From NCBI GenBank assembly GCA_030704615.1, contig CM060732.1, positions 45,756,001 through 45,820,000 on the forward strand: a stretch of 64,000 nucleotides of DNA, read 5' to 3'. Shown here piece by piece: positions 51,059 through 64,000 of this stretch. The notes under the pieces were generated by a model. The model saw nothing but the letters and a program-made list of their open reading frames with translations, did no database searches and had not been told where the DNA came from. The position numbers and the translations under genes were made by a program. How positions within the stretch are numbered: the first letter of the stretch is position 1; the number at the start of each line of letters is the position of its first letter. Source of the stretch: Takakia lepidozioides. Its lineage: Eukaryota > Plantae > Bryophyta.

Positions 51059-51830
51059 CCTAGGCCCTAGATAAAATTTGGGAGTGTGGTGGAGGCATGT
51101 CTAGTGTTCCACAAAATTCCGCAATGAGATTTACATTCATTGGTGTTCTGTAGTGTAAAGGCCACCAATATTCATAGCGCATGAAACCCTCTCGGGAGGT
51201 ATGACCAGTGAGTTTCATCCCGATTTCAGGAGGGTCTCCCATCGCGTTCAAATGTGTCACTGTTGCTACACGGGCAGTCTTGTTACTAAGATAACCAGAA
51301 TCACACCTTGGTATATCTTGCACCATAAGCTTCATCCACTTGGAGATGGTCTTCATGCCAACTCTAGATTTTGAGGACCACTGCCCACAAGAAAAATAGT
51401 GAAAATATATAATTCAAACAATAAGAAATCTCAAGCACAACTTTAGATACATTAAAAAATGAAGTCTGAACTTACCATGCCAGGATCCCGAAGATCGCCG
51501 GCAATAGCACGAAGGAATAATGGATGTGGCAATAGCAAGAAGGAATAATGGATGTGGCCCTGCTCTTCTGCCGTCCATTTAGGTTGCGCATTTAGGTTGA
51601 TGTGCAAAATAAGTCCCGAATAAGTCCATTGGAGCCCTTTCAAATATATCCTCAGTAGACTCCAAATTAGGGACACCGGTATATTTCCGCCCATCCTCAA
51701 ACCCCACCTGGTGCGACCAACTCAACCTCTTCAGATTCCAATTGTCTGAAACCTTGTTTGAGGAATTCCAAATCATCTGCAGCAGAAGTGATCGACCGTA
51801 ATTTGGTGCCGGCTCGCCTTCATTCGTCTG
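51059..51830 (-). mobile_element. Crypton-like tyrosine recombinase remnant
   Basis: VGMKTISKWMK...LSNKTARVATVTHL...GMKLTGHTSREGFMRY matches the H-x-x-R / TGH / Y boxes of DUF3504/Crypton-type YR proteins. GT-AG intron ~51381-51475. Confidence 0.7.
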
Positions 51831-53099
51831 TCGTAATCAACGTCGTCGATCAAAACACATGTTGCGAACTTGCCCGGCCACATGTTTCCACTGTTTTCCC
51901 TTACTAACTTGACCTTGCCGCCCTCATTCATTCAACCAAGTTTAGGGTTTAGGGTAGCCTTGCAGTACCCTCTGTATGCTGTGAAAGGTCAATGTTTGGA
52001 AGTGTGTGTAAGTATTTGTCAGGTTGCTTGCTTAATTTTGGTCATTAATCATGGATGTGCGAAATACCCCTGACACACTCTGGATTTCTTCTCATTAATG
52101 TAGCTTTTCCCAGTTTTGCTTTCCGTACGTACCTCTGCTATCATTTCTGCCTGCTCCTCTCTCTTCCATTAGCCTAGCCGCCATGGTAGCAGGATTCAGA
52201 GCTTCGGAGTTCTTCAGGATGAACAGTGGGGTATCTTGTGTATTTTTGACCGATTGGAGGCTTGGTGATGGATGGTGGCTCTGGCGGCAGGTGGAAATAA
52301 TAACTCTGGTGACAAAAACCTCACGAGCAAAAGAGTCTGGTGATTCAGGGAAAGCGAGGTCTGCAACTATCTGATCATGGGCATTAAGTTACTTTGAGGT
52401 GGGAAGCTGGAAGGGGCAGCATCTTGGAATTTCAGCATCAGTGGGTTTTGTCCAGAACGTTATCCAAAATTATGTTTCAGAGTCCAGACAGTCAGATGTA
52501 GAGTTATCTGTTAAGAGCTGCCAAAAATGTTAGTGTCAGAATATTACTGTCCAAAGTAATGTCAGGAAACACCCATTTCCTAAATAGTGTGCCAAGCTGG
52601 AAGATCCGACTTCACGCTATCTGTCTTGAATGATTAAACTTTAAGCTGGGCCGCTGAGTGATCACCTATGAGTTGTTTTCAGAGAATTCATCTCAATGCT
52701 CCTCACATCCTCGCGAGTCCGGGCACCGAGGGAATCGACGATAACCAAGTCAACACTCGTCTTTCTTGCATGTATCTTGATAGTTGACATAATTGGGCAA
52801 TAATCGCATACTCAGTTCTTCTCTAGCTTTCAAGTGTAGCACGATCAGGTGATCAACGCAGTCACTCGTCACTTCACCCCACACCTTCGAAATAACCGTT
52901 GGCTGTAACTTAGTTCAATGGGAGTCAAAATCAGGTGAATTGTACCGCAATAAGGTTGGCTGCAACAACGGTCCTGTTTTCTGTTTTCTGTTATCATCTC
53001 CTGATTTCATTCCTCTATCCCTCCATCCCTTCAGAGGCCTCTATTGTCAACAGTCTCTCTGCCAACATAGCACGTACACGGCAGTCTGCTCCAGTGTTG

Positions 53100-53765
53100 T
53101 TCTGGTATCAGTGTTTAGGACATACCAGACTAGTCCTGGTACTAGACGTATCACAAAACTTGCATACCAGTCCGGTCTATATAATTGTGGATGTATTTTT
53201 TTCCAGATACTGCTATGTGTATTGAGTATCATGACCACAATAGCTGGTAAGACATATCAATTCTGGTATCATTCCAAAGCCATCTTGCATTACAAGTTTA
53301 TCAAATAGCAAGTATCAAGTGAAAACGAATACAATCACATAAAGAAGTAAATATACATAAGTACAAGTATGTAGGCATATGTATACATAAATAAGTAGTA
53401 CACATACCAGAGTAAATGAGGAAGACGGCAGGGGAGTACTGGCTGATATGATAAAACTGATACCAGCCTGGTCTGGTATGGTATACTACCAAGTATTCTC
53501 TCCTAAATAATACCAGACTGGTCTGGTATCTAAGTCCACTGCCAGTGCATGCACTAATACATATACCAGTCCTTCATGTATATACCAGTGTTGGTCTGGT
53601 ATCTTGAATTGGAAATACCAGAAGGGTCCTAGTATACACTGCTGAATTCTTTTAAGGCAGGTAGGTTTTCCAATAATGCAGCCTCTGATTTTTTCAAGTA
53701 TGAATCTGGTATGCATAGGTTGGTTTAAAAAAAAAATCGATCCGGATAGGAGCCATGGTATCTGA
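53100..53765. repeat. Cluster of ATACCAG-N6/7-CTGGTAT palindromic repeats
   Basis: Examples: 53460-53479 ATACCAGCCTGGTCTGGTAT, 53510-53529 ATACCAGACTGGTCTGGTAT, 53582-53602 ATACCAGTGTTGGTCTGGTAT, plus many half-sites. Confidence 0.75.
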
Positions 53766-55426
53766 ATGTCAATAACCTAGAAATATGAACTCGGATATGA
53801 TGTTCAAATTCAAATTCAATATTGAAATGGCCATCTGAACTGTTCAAATGGCCATTTGAATATTCAAAAAAACCACAAGGAAACCTGCTCATCTCATAGG
53901 ATACCAACCCCCATACAATTATACACTGAATCAGAATTGCATCCATAGTGTCTCGCAAATGAAGATCAAAGTGTCATTTTTATAATCAAAACAGCTAGTA
54001 TATGCCCCTAGCCCCAAATCTCTACTCTACATCACAAAGTACATCCTCAAAGTATCCAGCTTTCTCAAGAGCTCCTCGTTGTCTTCTAATAGTGCAGTAG
54101 CCATAAGGCGAAGTGGCTCTTAGTTACGCCAGCATTGGCCGGAGTCTTCTCTCTCTTCTAATAGTGCCTCCTCATTCACATAATGTCTATATGTGCATAT
54201 TAACCTGATACCCGAACAGACCTGCTGCGATGAGTCAAGCTCTCAGACCTGCTGCCGTAGGGGGCGGGAAAGGAGAACCCTAACCGCCGCTTGAGGGTTT
54301 GTGGGGCAATCAAGGAACTCGAGAACCTTATGGTAGGATAGCGAAGACCACTTGTGGGGTTAGAAGCAGCTACAATGATGAGGGGCAACTTGTTTTTTTT
54401 TGGTAATAATATTATTATAAATAATAAACTAATTTTAAATATATATATTTAAATAAATTAAATAAATATTTTTGAAAATTAAATTTTTAGTAACTTGTAA
54501 TTAGAAGTAATGATAGAAGAGCCGGCAAATTATGGGATATAATCTAACCCCGAAAAAGCCAAAATTTCGAGCCAAAGCAATTTACGGCGGCCTCCAGACG
54601 CCATCCTGATCGTTGAAGAACTTCAGATCATTCAGGAAAGGGATGGCCCACCGCGACTATCCGTTGCTGTGAGCAGGCATCGCATTCACAGCGTTGGGCC
54701 TCTTGTGGGCCCTTCCCGAATAAAGACCACAACACACTGCCCACTGTAATTCTCACTTCCCGTATCGTATCCAGCAGCAAGTGGTTTGGGCTTTGCAATG
54801 AGGTCGGTGCCAGCTTAAGCTTGCTGTTTCAAGGTAGTAATGCGCAATAGAGAGACTATATTTCTCTTTCCTTCCACCATCATACACACTAGTATCGCGT
54901 GGTAGCTTATTAGTCTGTTGGAAAAACACGGATTCAAGCTACTTGTTATACGTGATGCATTCCTAGTATGGTCGCTATCAGTGCATCTGTGCAAGTTTTT
55001 GGTCTGTCGTGACTAGTCTGCAGATACTGGAGCAGCAGGGAGAAAACGTTGACATCCGACATAAGGGCTCGGAGGGGACTGAATCCTCTTGTAAGGTGAG
55101 AGTGATGACTTAAGCTTGATGTTGTCGTGTTTTTCTTGAGCATAGTATGGTTGAATTCATCCAAGCATTATGGCGGCGCAGTTGAACCCAACCACGTCCT
55201 CAGGCTGATCATTTGTAATTGTTTATAATTTCCTTCCGTAGCGCCACAAGATGTTAATCCTAAAGTACTGCAGGTCTGAGCGTGATGTGAATGTTTATTT
55301 CCTAATATCTCATTGCTCGCTGTGAGCTGCAGGATGTCCTCTTGCCGCGTGCTCCTACTATAGGCCACCAGGAAATCGGCATCCAGTTTCTGCAGAATTC
55401 TGTTCTAAGGCACCTTCCTTGTCGAC

Positions 55427-57901
55427 ATGGTGATGGAAGATTCTAAGCGCCTTCCAGGACCCCATGTGGTTGCCTTCCCCTTTCCATCTGCAGGCCACCT
55501 TACCCGCTTCGTTAAATTCTCTAAGATTTTGGCTAGCAATGGCATCACTGTCACCTTCGTGACCACGACCCCACATCTGTCTAGCTCGAAACGAGCCCTG
55601 ATCGATGACGCCGGATTTGCGTTCAGCCATAATGTGCAGTTGGTAGCTCTTGAATTGCCTACAGAATTTGCGAAGCTAAATGGCATCTCGTCATTTTTTG
55701 AGTTGAGGAGGGCAGCGACATCACCCACCATGAAAGCATCATTTGACGAGCTCATACGATCACTGATGAACTCAGCCCCGGCTACCCTCGTAGGTCCTCC
55801 TGTATGCATCATCTCCGACTTTTTATTGGGTTGGACTCAGGTATGATAGCATTGCAGTGCAAGAGCTTTGATTCGGCGTTTTGCTTTCGTGTCCACGGTA
55901 TTTGAGAGTACTTAGTCACCACAATCTAGAAATTTCGTACATGCCAATCGGTATAACGAGGGCACAAGATCGCACTACAAGTGGTTTTGGGGGTCCAAAG
56001 TTACATAGATATTTGTTAGTGAATGTGGGTATTAGGGGACTTTGGAGTCTTGAGAAAGTTACAGCTGAAATCTGGTGTCCAACATGGTGAAGTCACACCA
56101 TAAGTGACTCGTGCTTCGGGAAGCCTCAGCTTGAGTAACTTCGCAGATATAAGTTATTTAGTCTATATTCAGTCCGGACATGCACCTCACGAGTGACACA
56201 ACTTGATTGACAGGTTACAGCGACCAAGTATTCGATTCCGAGATATTGTCTGATAAATGTATCACATTTTCTTTCCCTGTTTTGCCACTTACGGTCTTTC
56301 GCTGCACAAGGTCGGATTCCTGTCACGTCAGCTGACCAGACTCCATATGTCATTCCGGGGTTTCCTCCCATCAAACCTAGCGACCTGCCACGAAGTTTGC
56401 ATGAGAAGCCAATCAGCGAATTTTGGACCGTTACTATGAACACTATGTGGGAAGCTGAAGGAATGCTTGTGGACAGTGTTTACGAAATGGAATCTGCCGT
56501 TATCGAAGGACTGCGAGATGTACTTCGCAGGGGCTCGAAGACGAGTCAGGTCAGTATCTCGTCGTTTTACCTCAACGATATTATATGGCAGAGTTGTAAA
56601 CTGACTTAAAACTTGGATACCATCACACTTCATTTCTACACTAGTTTTGAAAATGATAGATCTGGAAACCAAATCACCGACTATAGCCACAAGGTATTGT
56701 GACTGAGGGCTTTGCAGAACCTTCGTTTCCCAAAGATCCACCACGTGAGGAAGGATCATATACTCAGGGAGAGAAAAATTCAAGAGGTCACCGACTAAGT
56801 ATTTCTTCATTATGTGCTAAAGATATAGATATAGAACAGATATTGTTAGGTGAGAGAGCGTGTCGGTCATCTGTGGGTCAAGCCTAAAATAAAGTGTGTG
56901 CGCCATCTGGACTCTACTGACTTACAATGCGTTTAAATCCCAGCTTAGTTCAGTAAAGATTACATAATGACAATCTCTAAGCTACATAGACCTTGGGTCA
57001 ACCGATTTACATAGTTGAAGTGAAGGGCATCTTTGAATTAGGGTACGTCAAATCGTAGCATCTTTACAGCTCCAACCGTTAGGAAAGCTGTATATATATA
57101 TTTACTGTCATTATTTACATGAAATTGTGCTGTTGTTGGCAGGTGCCTTGGATCTTAACAGTGGGACCCACGCTACTAAATGGCAACAAGGAAACCAGCT
57201 TTAACAACCAATCACAAACGAGTTCAGAGAAGCATGAGTGCATAGACTGGTTGAACACACGGCCAACCTTATCTGTTCTGTTTATCTCCTTTGGAACCAT
57301 AACTACTCTCTCTGCCACACAGATTCGTGAACTAGCTCTCGGGCTTGAGCTGAGTGGGCAAACTTTTCTTTGGCGTCTAACAGCTCCACAAGGTATTGAA
57401 GGAGATTCGGTCCCGCACTACTCTGCCTTCCTCCCCGAAGGTTTCATGGAGAGGACTAGGAAGCGGGGATTAGTGTTCTCCACATGGGCACCACAGCTGC
57501 AGATACTTGACCATCCCGCGGTTGGAGGTTTCCTGACCCACTGTGGGTGGAACTCCGCAGTGGAGAGCGTTTGCATGGCTGTGCCCATGATAGCTTGGCC
57601 ATTTGAAGCTGAGCAACACTTGAACAGAACGCTATTTGTCGACGTAAAAAAAGTTGCTATTAGGGTCGTCGAAGGAGCTGATGGGGTGGTTGGCAAGGAG
57701 GAGGTAGAGAGGGCCGTGAGGCTTCTGATGGAAGATGAGAGAGGAGAGATGTTGAGGAAAAATGCGAAGGATCTGAGTGTCACAGTACGAAATGCTGTTG
57801 CGCCCGGCGGCTCTTCCAACAAGAACTTGGCTTCTTTTTTAGAAAAACTCCAGTCTTTGAGTCTTCCGTCAAGTTTGCTGACTGAACATTCGCGACAGTG
57901 A
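55427..57901 (+). CDS. UGT: Family-1 UDP-glycosyltransferase, 3 exons
   Basis: Exons 55427-55840, 56214-56549 and 57143-57901 splice in frame. HVVAFPFPSAGHL (catalytic His), CIISDFLLGW, PSPG box WAPQLQILDHPAVGGFLTHCGWNSAVESVCMAVPMIAWPFEAEQ. Confidence 0.95.
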
Positions 57902-59230
57902 CACACACTAATGGAGTTTATTGCTCCATGTATATGATTAACTAGTAGGTCAGTCCTAAATTGTGTGATGCTAAAGCAGTATAAATTGATTCCACATGGT
58001 TTTTTCTTACTACCCACTTGGAATCTTGTGGGCATCTACCTGTACCTTTTAGGAAATGAGCGAATGTTGTTGTGCCATTAGGCCGTTGTGATTTGTGATC
58101 TTGTCGGTGGTCTCTCTGCTTTCAGTTCGTTGCTTTAGAGTTCTCTCTGATCATGAATCTTTTGAGAACAATTTATTTGTTCGCTGCTGCACACTGCACT
58201 CTCTTTCCCGCCATTGCTGCTGCATGCTCCTCGTGTGCTCTCACCTATTGACCTCAATAATACATATGCTCAAACAGGTTGGCACTTGGCACATATCCTC
58301 CCTCTCTTGTCCCTTCCTCATAGGCATATACTTATCTTTTTCTTCTAGAAACAAGGCCTGACATTCCCCATCAAACATGTCAAAGCTTATGTGTACATGC
58401 ATTTCTCAACTGCAGGAGCTGCAATAGCACAAGTCGAGATAGTGGGAAGGAGCTACTGCGTGTGGAATTTGGACTGACAACCCTGTGTCCAGTATGGTAA
58501 AACCGTAAAATCGTCGGGATTAACACTTCTGGAGGTGCTTCCCCTTCAGTTTCACAGATTCTACAGCTTTGTCGCAAGGGAACTATAGATAGCTCCAATG
58601 CATGTAGTTAGACTCGTATACAGCTCACATTTTCTGTACAAATTCTTCAACAGGGCAGCAGTACAGTAAGTGTTAAGATGACAAGCATCTGGGCATAGGG
58701 GTCCCTGGCCAACTTGTTCAATCGATTAGCAGCTGACTAATCTAAGGTGCAAAGTGCTGAAATGTTGAAATCCCGGTACATGAAAGTGTTTCTTCGTACA
58801 TGCACAAATTTGGTCCAGATCACATGCTAGAGACTTGAAGACATATCAATACTTACTACGGAGAATTTCCTCTTCAGTGGTGTAAATTAGATAAAGTATG
58901 CTATATCCTACGAAATAATTCCCTACTTCTCTATGTTTGAATGCAGGATATGCATAATGCAAGGATTTGAGAATTCACCCGGGTACAGATTATCAAACAA
59001 GAGCCATTTTATGATTTGTGCCGGTTATCAATATCCCGGTTAGTTGAGCTTGTGGATTGCTGGGTTTCACATATCGGTTCTCAATAGTTCTTTGAAAAGA
59101 TATTGTTATGTTTCATTAAATGTAAAAATTGGAAAAATACAAGCATATTTATAGGGATAATTATCCTAGCACGTAACTGCTTATGATCTACTATGGTACA
59201 TGTACCCAATAGTTTGAAGTTCAAGGAAAT

Positions 59231-62200
59231 TTTCGAGGGCCACGATTTCGTCTCTCTCCTCTCCTCGGTATGTCTCTTGCCTTGCCCAAGCTCTCGAAGC
59301 CCGCGTGCGACGATCCTCTGTCTATCCCTTAAGATTTATGCTCTGTTAGTTGCAATTCCTCTGTCGAGCTTACTTTCCAATCAATCAAAAGAATTTTATT
59401 TCCATCTGACATGTCATATCTGAATTGGAGGGTCACAAACAAACAAAGTGAGTTCACAGCTAGTGAGTTCACAGCCTCTTCAGTATCTCTAAAAGTTCCT
59501 AAATTGAATCTGGATTCAAAGCAGCCCTTCATTTTGTTTTTATGCAATATTCCGAGAGCCATTTAAAATTAGTTACAGAATCCACCGCGAAAATTCAATG
59601 GGCTCCAGGTATGTAGACAACCCCAGCGATCCTGAGATATTTTGCGCATAGCCATAACCAACGCCCTAGATCGACCGTTCCTTTGGGAGGGTCACATCTT
59701 TGATCCACATATATACTCTAGATCTACAGGAATCAATACATAGTACTTGTAATGCAATGGGCATTCCAGACAGTGGACCTGCACACATGACAAGTTTTTG
59801 TGTGTTGAGGGAGCATGTCGTAGCAAATATGCATGTTATAGGCCGGTGGACATGGACGGGAGCCCCAAGAGATCACATGAATAATTGCCCACAGCCTGCA
59901 CCCCACTACCTCAAGCCACGAAACCACCAAACTGACTGCGTCTTTGTGTTTTCATAATGTGAGAGTCCGTGGTCTGTCACTATTGTGAATGTTTTGAGAT
60001 GGTGAGCATCAATTGTCGTCTTAAGCATAGCCAAAATGTACATATATTGTTAGTGCTCATAATCATAAGTCCGAGTTCTTCTATGGTATGGCAGGGGGCA
60101 TGTGCCTTCGGGTGCATAGAGCGTAGACATAGAAGGTTAATGTCAGCTTGGTTATAGTATTTAACAGCAGCTGCGAACATGTGCCCTTTGGTAACAAGCC
60201 CCCAAGGAGTGGCAGTTGAGACGTTGAGACACTGGATGGACGGACAGGGGTTGCAGTAAATATTATCAAGTGTGGAGAAAGAAGTGGGGATTCCAGGCAA
60301 TGGATTAGAGCTCTCTGCACAGCAACTACTTAATGTTCTCATGGCCTGATTGGTATTATGGTTGGAGGTTCAAAATTGATTTTATCTGTGTCTCTCCGCA
60401 TCTATCCTTCTAGGTGGCCTAACCCATGGAGGAAAGACTGTACATCCCAGATTCTACTGTCGTTCAAGATGATTCGGACCACTCGAGGAAGAGTTTACCA
60501 GGTGCCATCAATGTTATATCGAATTCGTGGGGAAGAGTGATGGTGGAAGCTGGTGTTAGGTGCCAGGAACGAAGATCGACTGTCAAGCACCAGTTTGGAA
60601 CGACAAGAGACTGCTAGAATATCGCCGAACTGACAATTGCAGGTAAAATGGAGCATACTCGCGTGCATGAAGATATCAAGGACTAGGATTTTTGAAAGGG
60701 GGCGGAGATGGCAAGATGGTTGAAGAAAGGATGATGGCGTACCGGCGTCTTGGGCAGATCTGCATGGACAGGAAATCTGATGTAGCATGGCGTGGTGGCT
60801 GGGTGGACCGGATGCTCTAGCCGGTGCTGTGCTTTTATAGTTGTAGGTTGATGTTGGAATGGACGTCACAGGCCTTTGGTGGCTTGCAACAGCAGCAGGG
60901 GGACTGTGAATTCTCTTTTGTATAGAGTGATGGTGTAAACCCTGTGAATAGCTTGGAACAAGAAAGGTTCGCTTTAAGACTTGTGAATATGCTTTCGTGA
61001 AGAACAGGGCTGAACGATCGTGGAGTGGAGTGATCTCTGTTACGATCTGAGTCAAAGAATTGTTACTGGAATAAGAGAGGCTGGTTACATGAGGTCCATA
61101 TTGTTGTTGATTCAAGCAAGCAGATTTCTTGGGATCCTGATAGATTCCCTAGGAACGGCAAGATAAACAAAGCGCCTGAAATTGTTCTGTAGTTGGACTG
61201 AGGAAAGAGAGTTAGATACTTTTCAGCTGGTGCACCAGTATGGCCCTCCCACTCTGGAAAGAGCTGCTGCAGCTTGGAGGAGAATGGCAATTTGCATCAC
61301 CATAACGTTGTTTTGGATTTTCCAAAGATCTTTTGGATGGCATGATCCACCATCTGCAACCATAATGTAAGCAAATGAAAATGGGTTCCATGGACCCTTT
61401 ACATCCTCCAGCTTCGTCCCTAGTTACTGTACTTTGCAAAGTTCGCAATTCATAATTTGAGTCTGGCGTACATGTGTAAATTCGCTTGAGATGACCAATC
61501 ACTGAATGTTCATCAACTTCGCCTGGTGTCGGAGTCTAGTCAGCTGCTGATCGTGGATATTTACAAAGGGGTCACGGCCTCTTGGTACCAATAGTGGTAT
61601 CATCATCCGAGTCAAAGTCAGGAGGCTGGCTTAATCACACACACTCATCCAGAGATTCATAGCACTGTCCCTGTTGGGGGGATGCAGCAAAGCTTCATCG
61701 GTTGCAAGACTTGGCAGCTGCAAGACAATTTGCACAGATGTCGTCTGCTTCAGCCACATCTCCATTGAAGACATCTTAGATTCGTACTCCATCTTGTTGA
61801 TTTACCTTTACCATGGCAGCTCTCAGCCTAGCCATCAGGTATTAAACACCGTTAGAAGTAGGTGAATTACTTAACTAATTTAGGTTGCTGGTTGGTAGAT
61901 TCCTATTTTCATGGCTTTCACCACCGCCTCTTGGTGAGGGTTTGTAGGAGGTTTGATAATTAGACTGTTGACTTTTAGCTTGATAAATAGTGCACACTCA
62001 GGTGTGCTTTGTATTCCGGTTTTATGGTCATGCGAAAGCATTGCTCAGTATGCTTAACACATCTAACATGCTTCACACTGCTGGTGATAAGCTGATCCTC
62101 AAAATCTGGTACAGTCTTGCCTGCTGCAGGGATTAGGCACCTAAGGAGAGTTGTGGAGAGACACAAGTTACCATCCAATCTCTCCAATAATATAATTTTT

Positions 62201-62520
62201 TAACTTCCAACCATAATACCAGTCAGGGCATGAGGACTACATAGTTCGACAGAGACTCCGTTCCCTTCGGCTGGCTGCATCACAACTTCTTTCTCCCCAC
62301 TTCATACTGCAAACCCCTCCCCTCCAAACCCTTCCCCTCCATCCACTGTCAATTCTCTGTGCCAGGGTTACTAGATAACAACACATGAATACCAACCATT
62401 GTTGCATTTTCCTTATTCTTGAGTTTGAAATCTTCCGGATCGTCGCACGCGGGCTTCGAGAGCTTGGGCAAGGCGAGGGACACGGAGGAGGGGTGAGAGA
62501 CGAAATCGTGGCCCTCGAAA
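59231..62520. repeat. ~85-bp inverted repeat pair (59231-59316 / 62437-62520) flanking 3.1 kb
   Basis: TTTCGAGGGCCACGATTTCGTCTCT...GCCTTGCCCAAGCTCTCGAAGCCCGCGTGCGACGATCC reappears as its reverse complement. Confidence 0.85.
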
Positions 62521-63587
62521 TCCTACATCAGATCTCGGCCGTTCATCTCTGGACAGCTGACCGCAAATGCTCTAAAATTGTCCCCAAAGTTCCCACACCT
62601 ACCCCGCTGTCTACTGACATGAAGCCCGGCTAGCCCGGGCTCCAGGGGGTCAAGCATTCAACTGCCCGCCCACTTGTAATAATGGGGGCAGGGGAAATGC
62701 CAAATTTAGGCTCTATACAGCCTTGCCTTTCCTAACTGAGCGTTTGCCGCGATTTGTCTACGTTTCAGCTCCCGATGCGTCTGGTTTACTCAGCACTTGA
62801 ACAATACCTGGTAAGTAGTTCTTATCTCTGACTCGGGTTTCCTGTTTTCTCTCATGTTTTCTTTCCATTTTGTCCCATAAGCTCTATGAGCTTTCCGCCG
62901 ACGTTATAAAGAACCATTTCATTTCTCTTTCCTTCCATAGCTCCACCGAGTAGTTCATGCTAAACTACTTGCTAAACTACTTGCAGGTCTGATCGTGATG
63001 TGAATGTTGATTTTCTTATTTCTCGTTGCTCGCTGTGAGCTGCAAGCAGCTGGTGGCAGTGGACAGGGCCAACCTCCCGCGTGCTCCTACTATTGGCCAC
63101 AGTGCACCCATCTGCTCTGCTTACAGTCGGCCTGGTTTGAGGTAGGACAACGAGCCCTCGGGTTGCCCATTACATCACAACTCAACTCAATGTCTTTCTG
63201 CCTGCACACTTCTCCCTCCATACTGTAGATTGAGCTGCACTTCGGTTAGCTTTCTTCCAGGACTCATTTTCGTCAATAATGCATCATGGTAACGATGGTT
63301 ACGATGTCACTAGCGGAAACAGGAAGTTGCACTTCTGTGAGGTCCCCACAGCACTCGCACATGCAACATATATACCATGGATGCTCACAAAGTTCCATAG
63401 GTCGGTGTGAGCTATTGACTTCCATCTGAGGTTTGTGGATTCTTGCTAGCTTCTCCTGACTCGTGATCGGCAATGAATTTCTTACTCTTTGACTCTGGTT
63501 TCCTGTCCAGCTTGCACCCAAGCTCACTAAATCCACAAACTTTCGAGGGCTGGAGCGAGAGTCCCGGTGAAGTCGACATTATTTAAA

Positions 63588-63832
63588 ATGGAAGTGGCAG
63601 TCACTGTCCTATCAAAAACCATGGTGGTTCCCACGCCACGTCCTCACGAGAGCCGGTAGTTGCAGCGGCTCCCACTTTACCAGCTTCGATCTCCGCATGC
63701 TAAAACTTCCCCCTATCAGACGCATGATCCTGTTCGAAGCAAGCGCTCAAGAAGACCTCATTGTGGAGCAATTCAATGAAAGACTAAGGGGGAGTCTCTC
63801 AAGAGCGCTGGCAGACTACTACCCATTTGCAG
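63588..63832 (+). pseudogene. BAHD acyltransferase exon 1 (in-frame TAG and +1 frameshift)
   Basis: MEVAVTVLSKTMVVPTP...(stop)...LPL/TSFDLRML...RLRGSLSRALADYYPFAG followed by a GT donor. LS.AL..YYPFAG is the typical BAHD N-terminus. Confidence 0.8.
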
Positions 63833-64000
63833 GTACATCATCCACCCTTCAGTAGCACCGGTGCCATGGCGACTATATGCGATTATCAAAGTCTGTCATG
63901 CCAGCTTTGGTATCTAGGCTTGGGGGAACTAGATAACGACGGAGGGACACCCTGACATGCCATGCAGGCCGGTTTGTGCAAGATGAAGACGGGCAGACAG

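Overview
Repeat-rich nuclear DNA from a land plant. Spliced genes, a long PLS-class PPR gene and a plant UGT are present, and a non-seed plant such as a bryophyte is inferred but not proven. The first ~22 kb is a nest of transposons, two of which carry their own DNA-methyltransferase-like gene. (1) A decayed Ty3/Gypsy LTR retrotransposon (~1800-21734) has a DNMT3-like C5-cytosine methyltransferase between protease and RT, and its integrase ends in a PHD finger. (2) Inserted into that integrase with a 9-bp TSD is an 11.3-kb Mutator-like DNA transposon (8620-19960). It encodes a GCM-like/DDE/SWIM transposase and, divergently, an in-frame 9-exon ~1,086-aa protein with a ParB-like N-terminal domain and a C-terminal beta-class amino-(N6A/N4C)-methyltransferase-like domain. 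The two large introns of this gene hold 11 copies of a 22-bp palindrome, suggesting a self-contained ParB/'parS-like' DNA-modification module. Further along are a head-to-tail Helitron concatemer (24112-28506), chromovirus, LINE, MULE and hAT remnants, an 11-exon proline iminopeptidase gene with an intronic LINE, a PLS PPR gene lacking E/DYW, a Crypton-like tyrosine recombinase remnant, a 3-exon UDP-glycosyltransferase and a BAHD acyltransferase pseudo-exon. All calls come from reading motifs by eye; no database searches were run.
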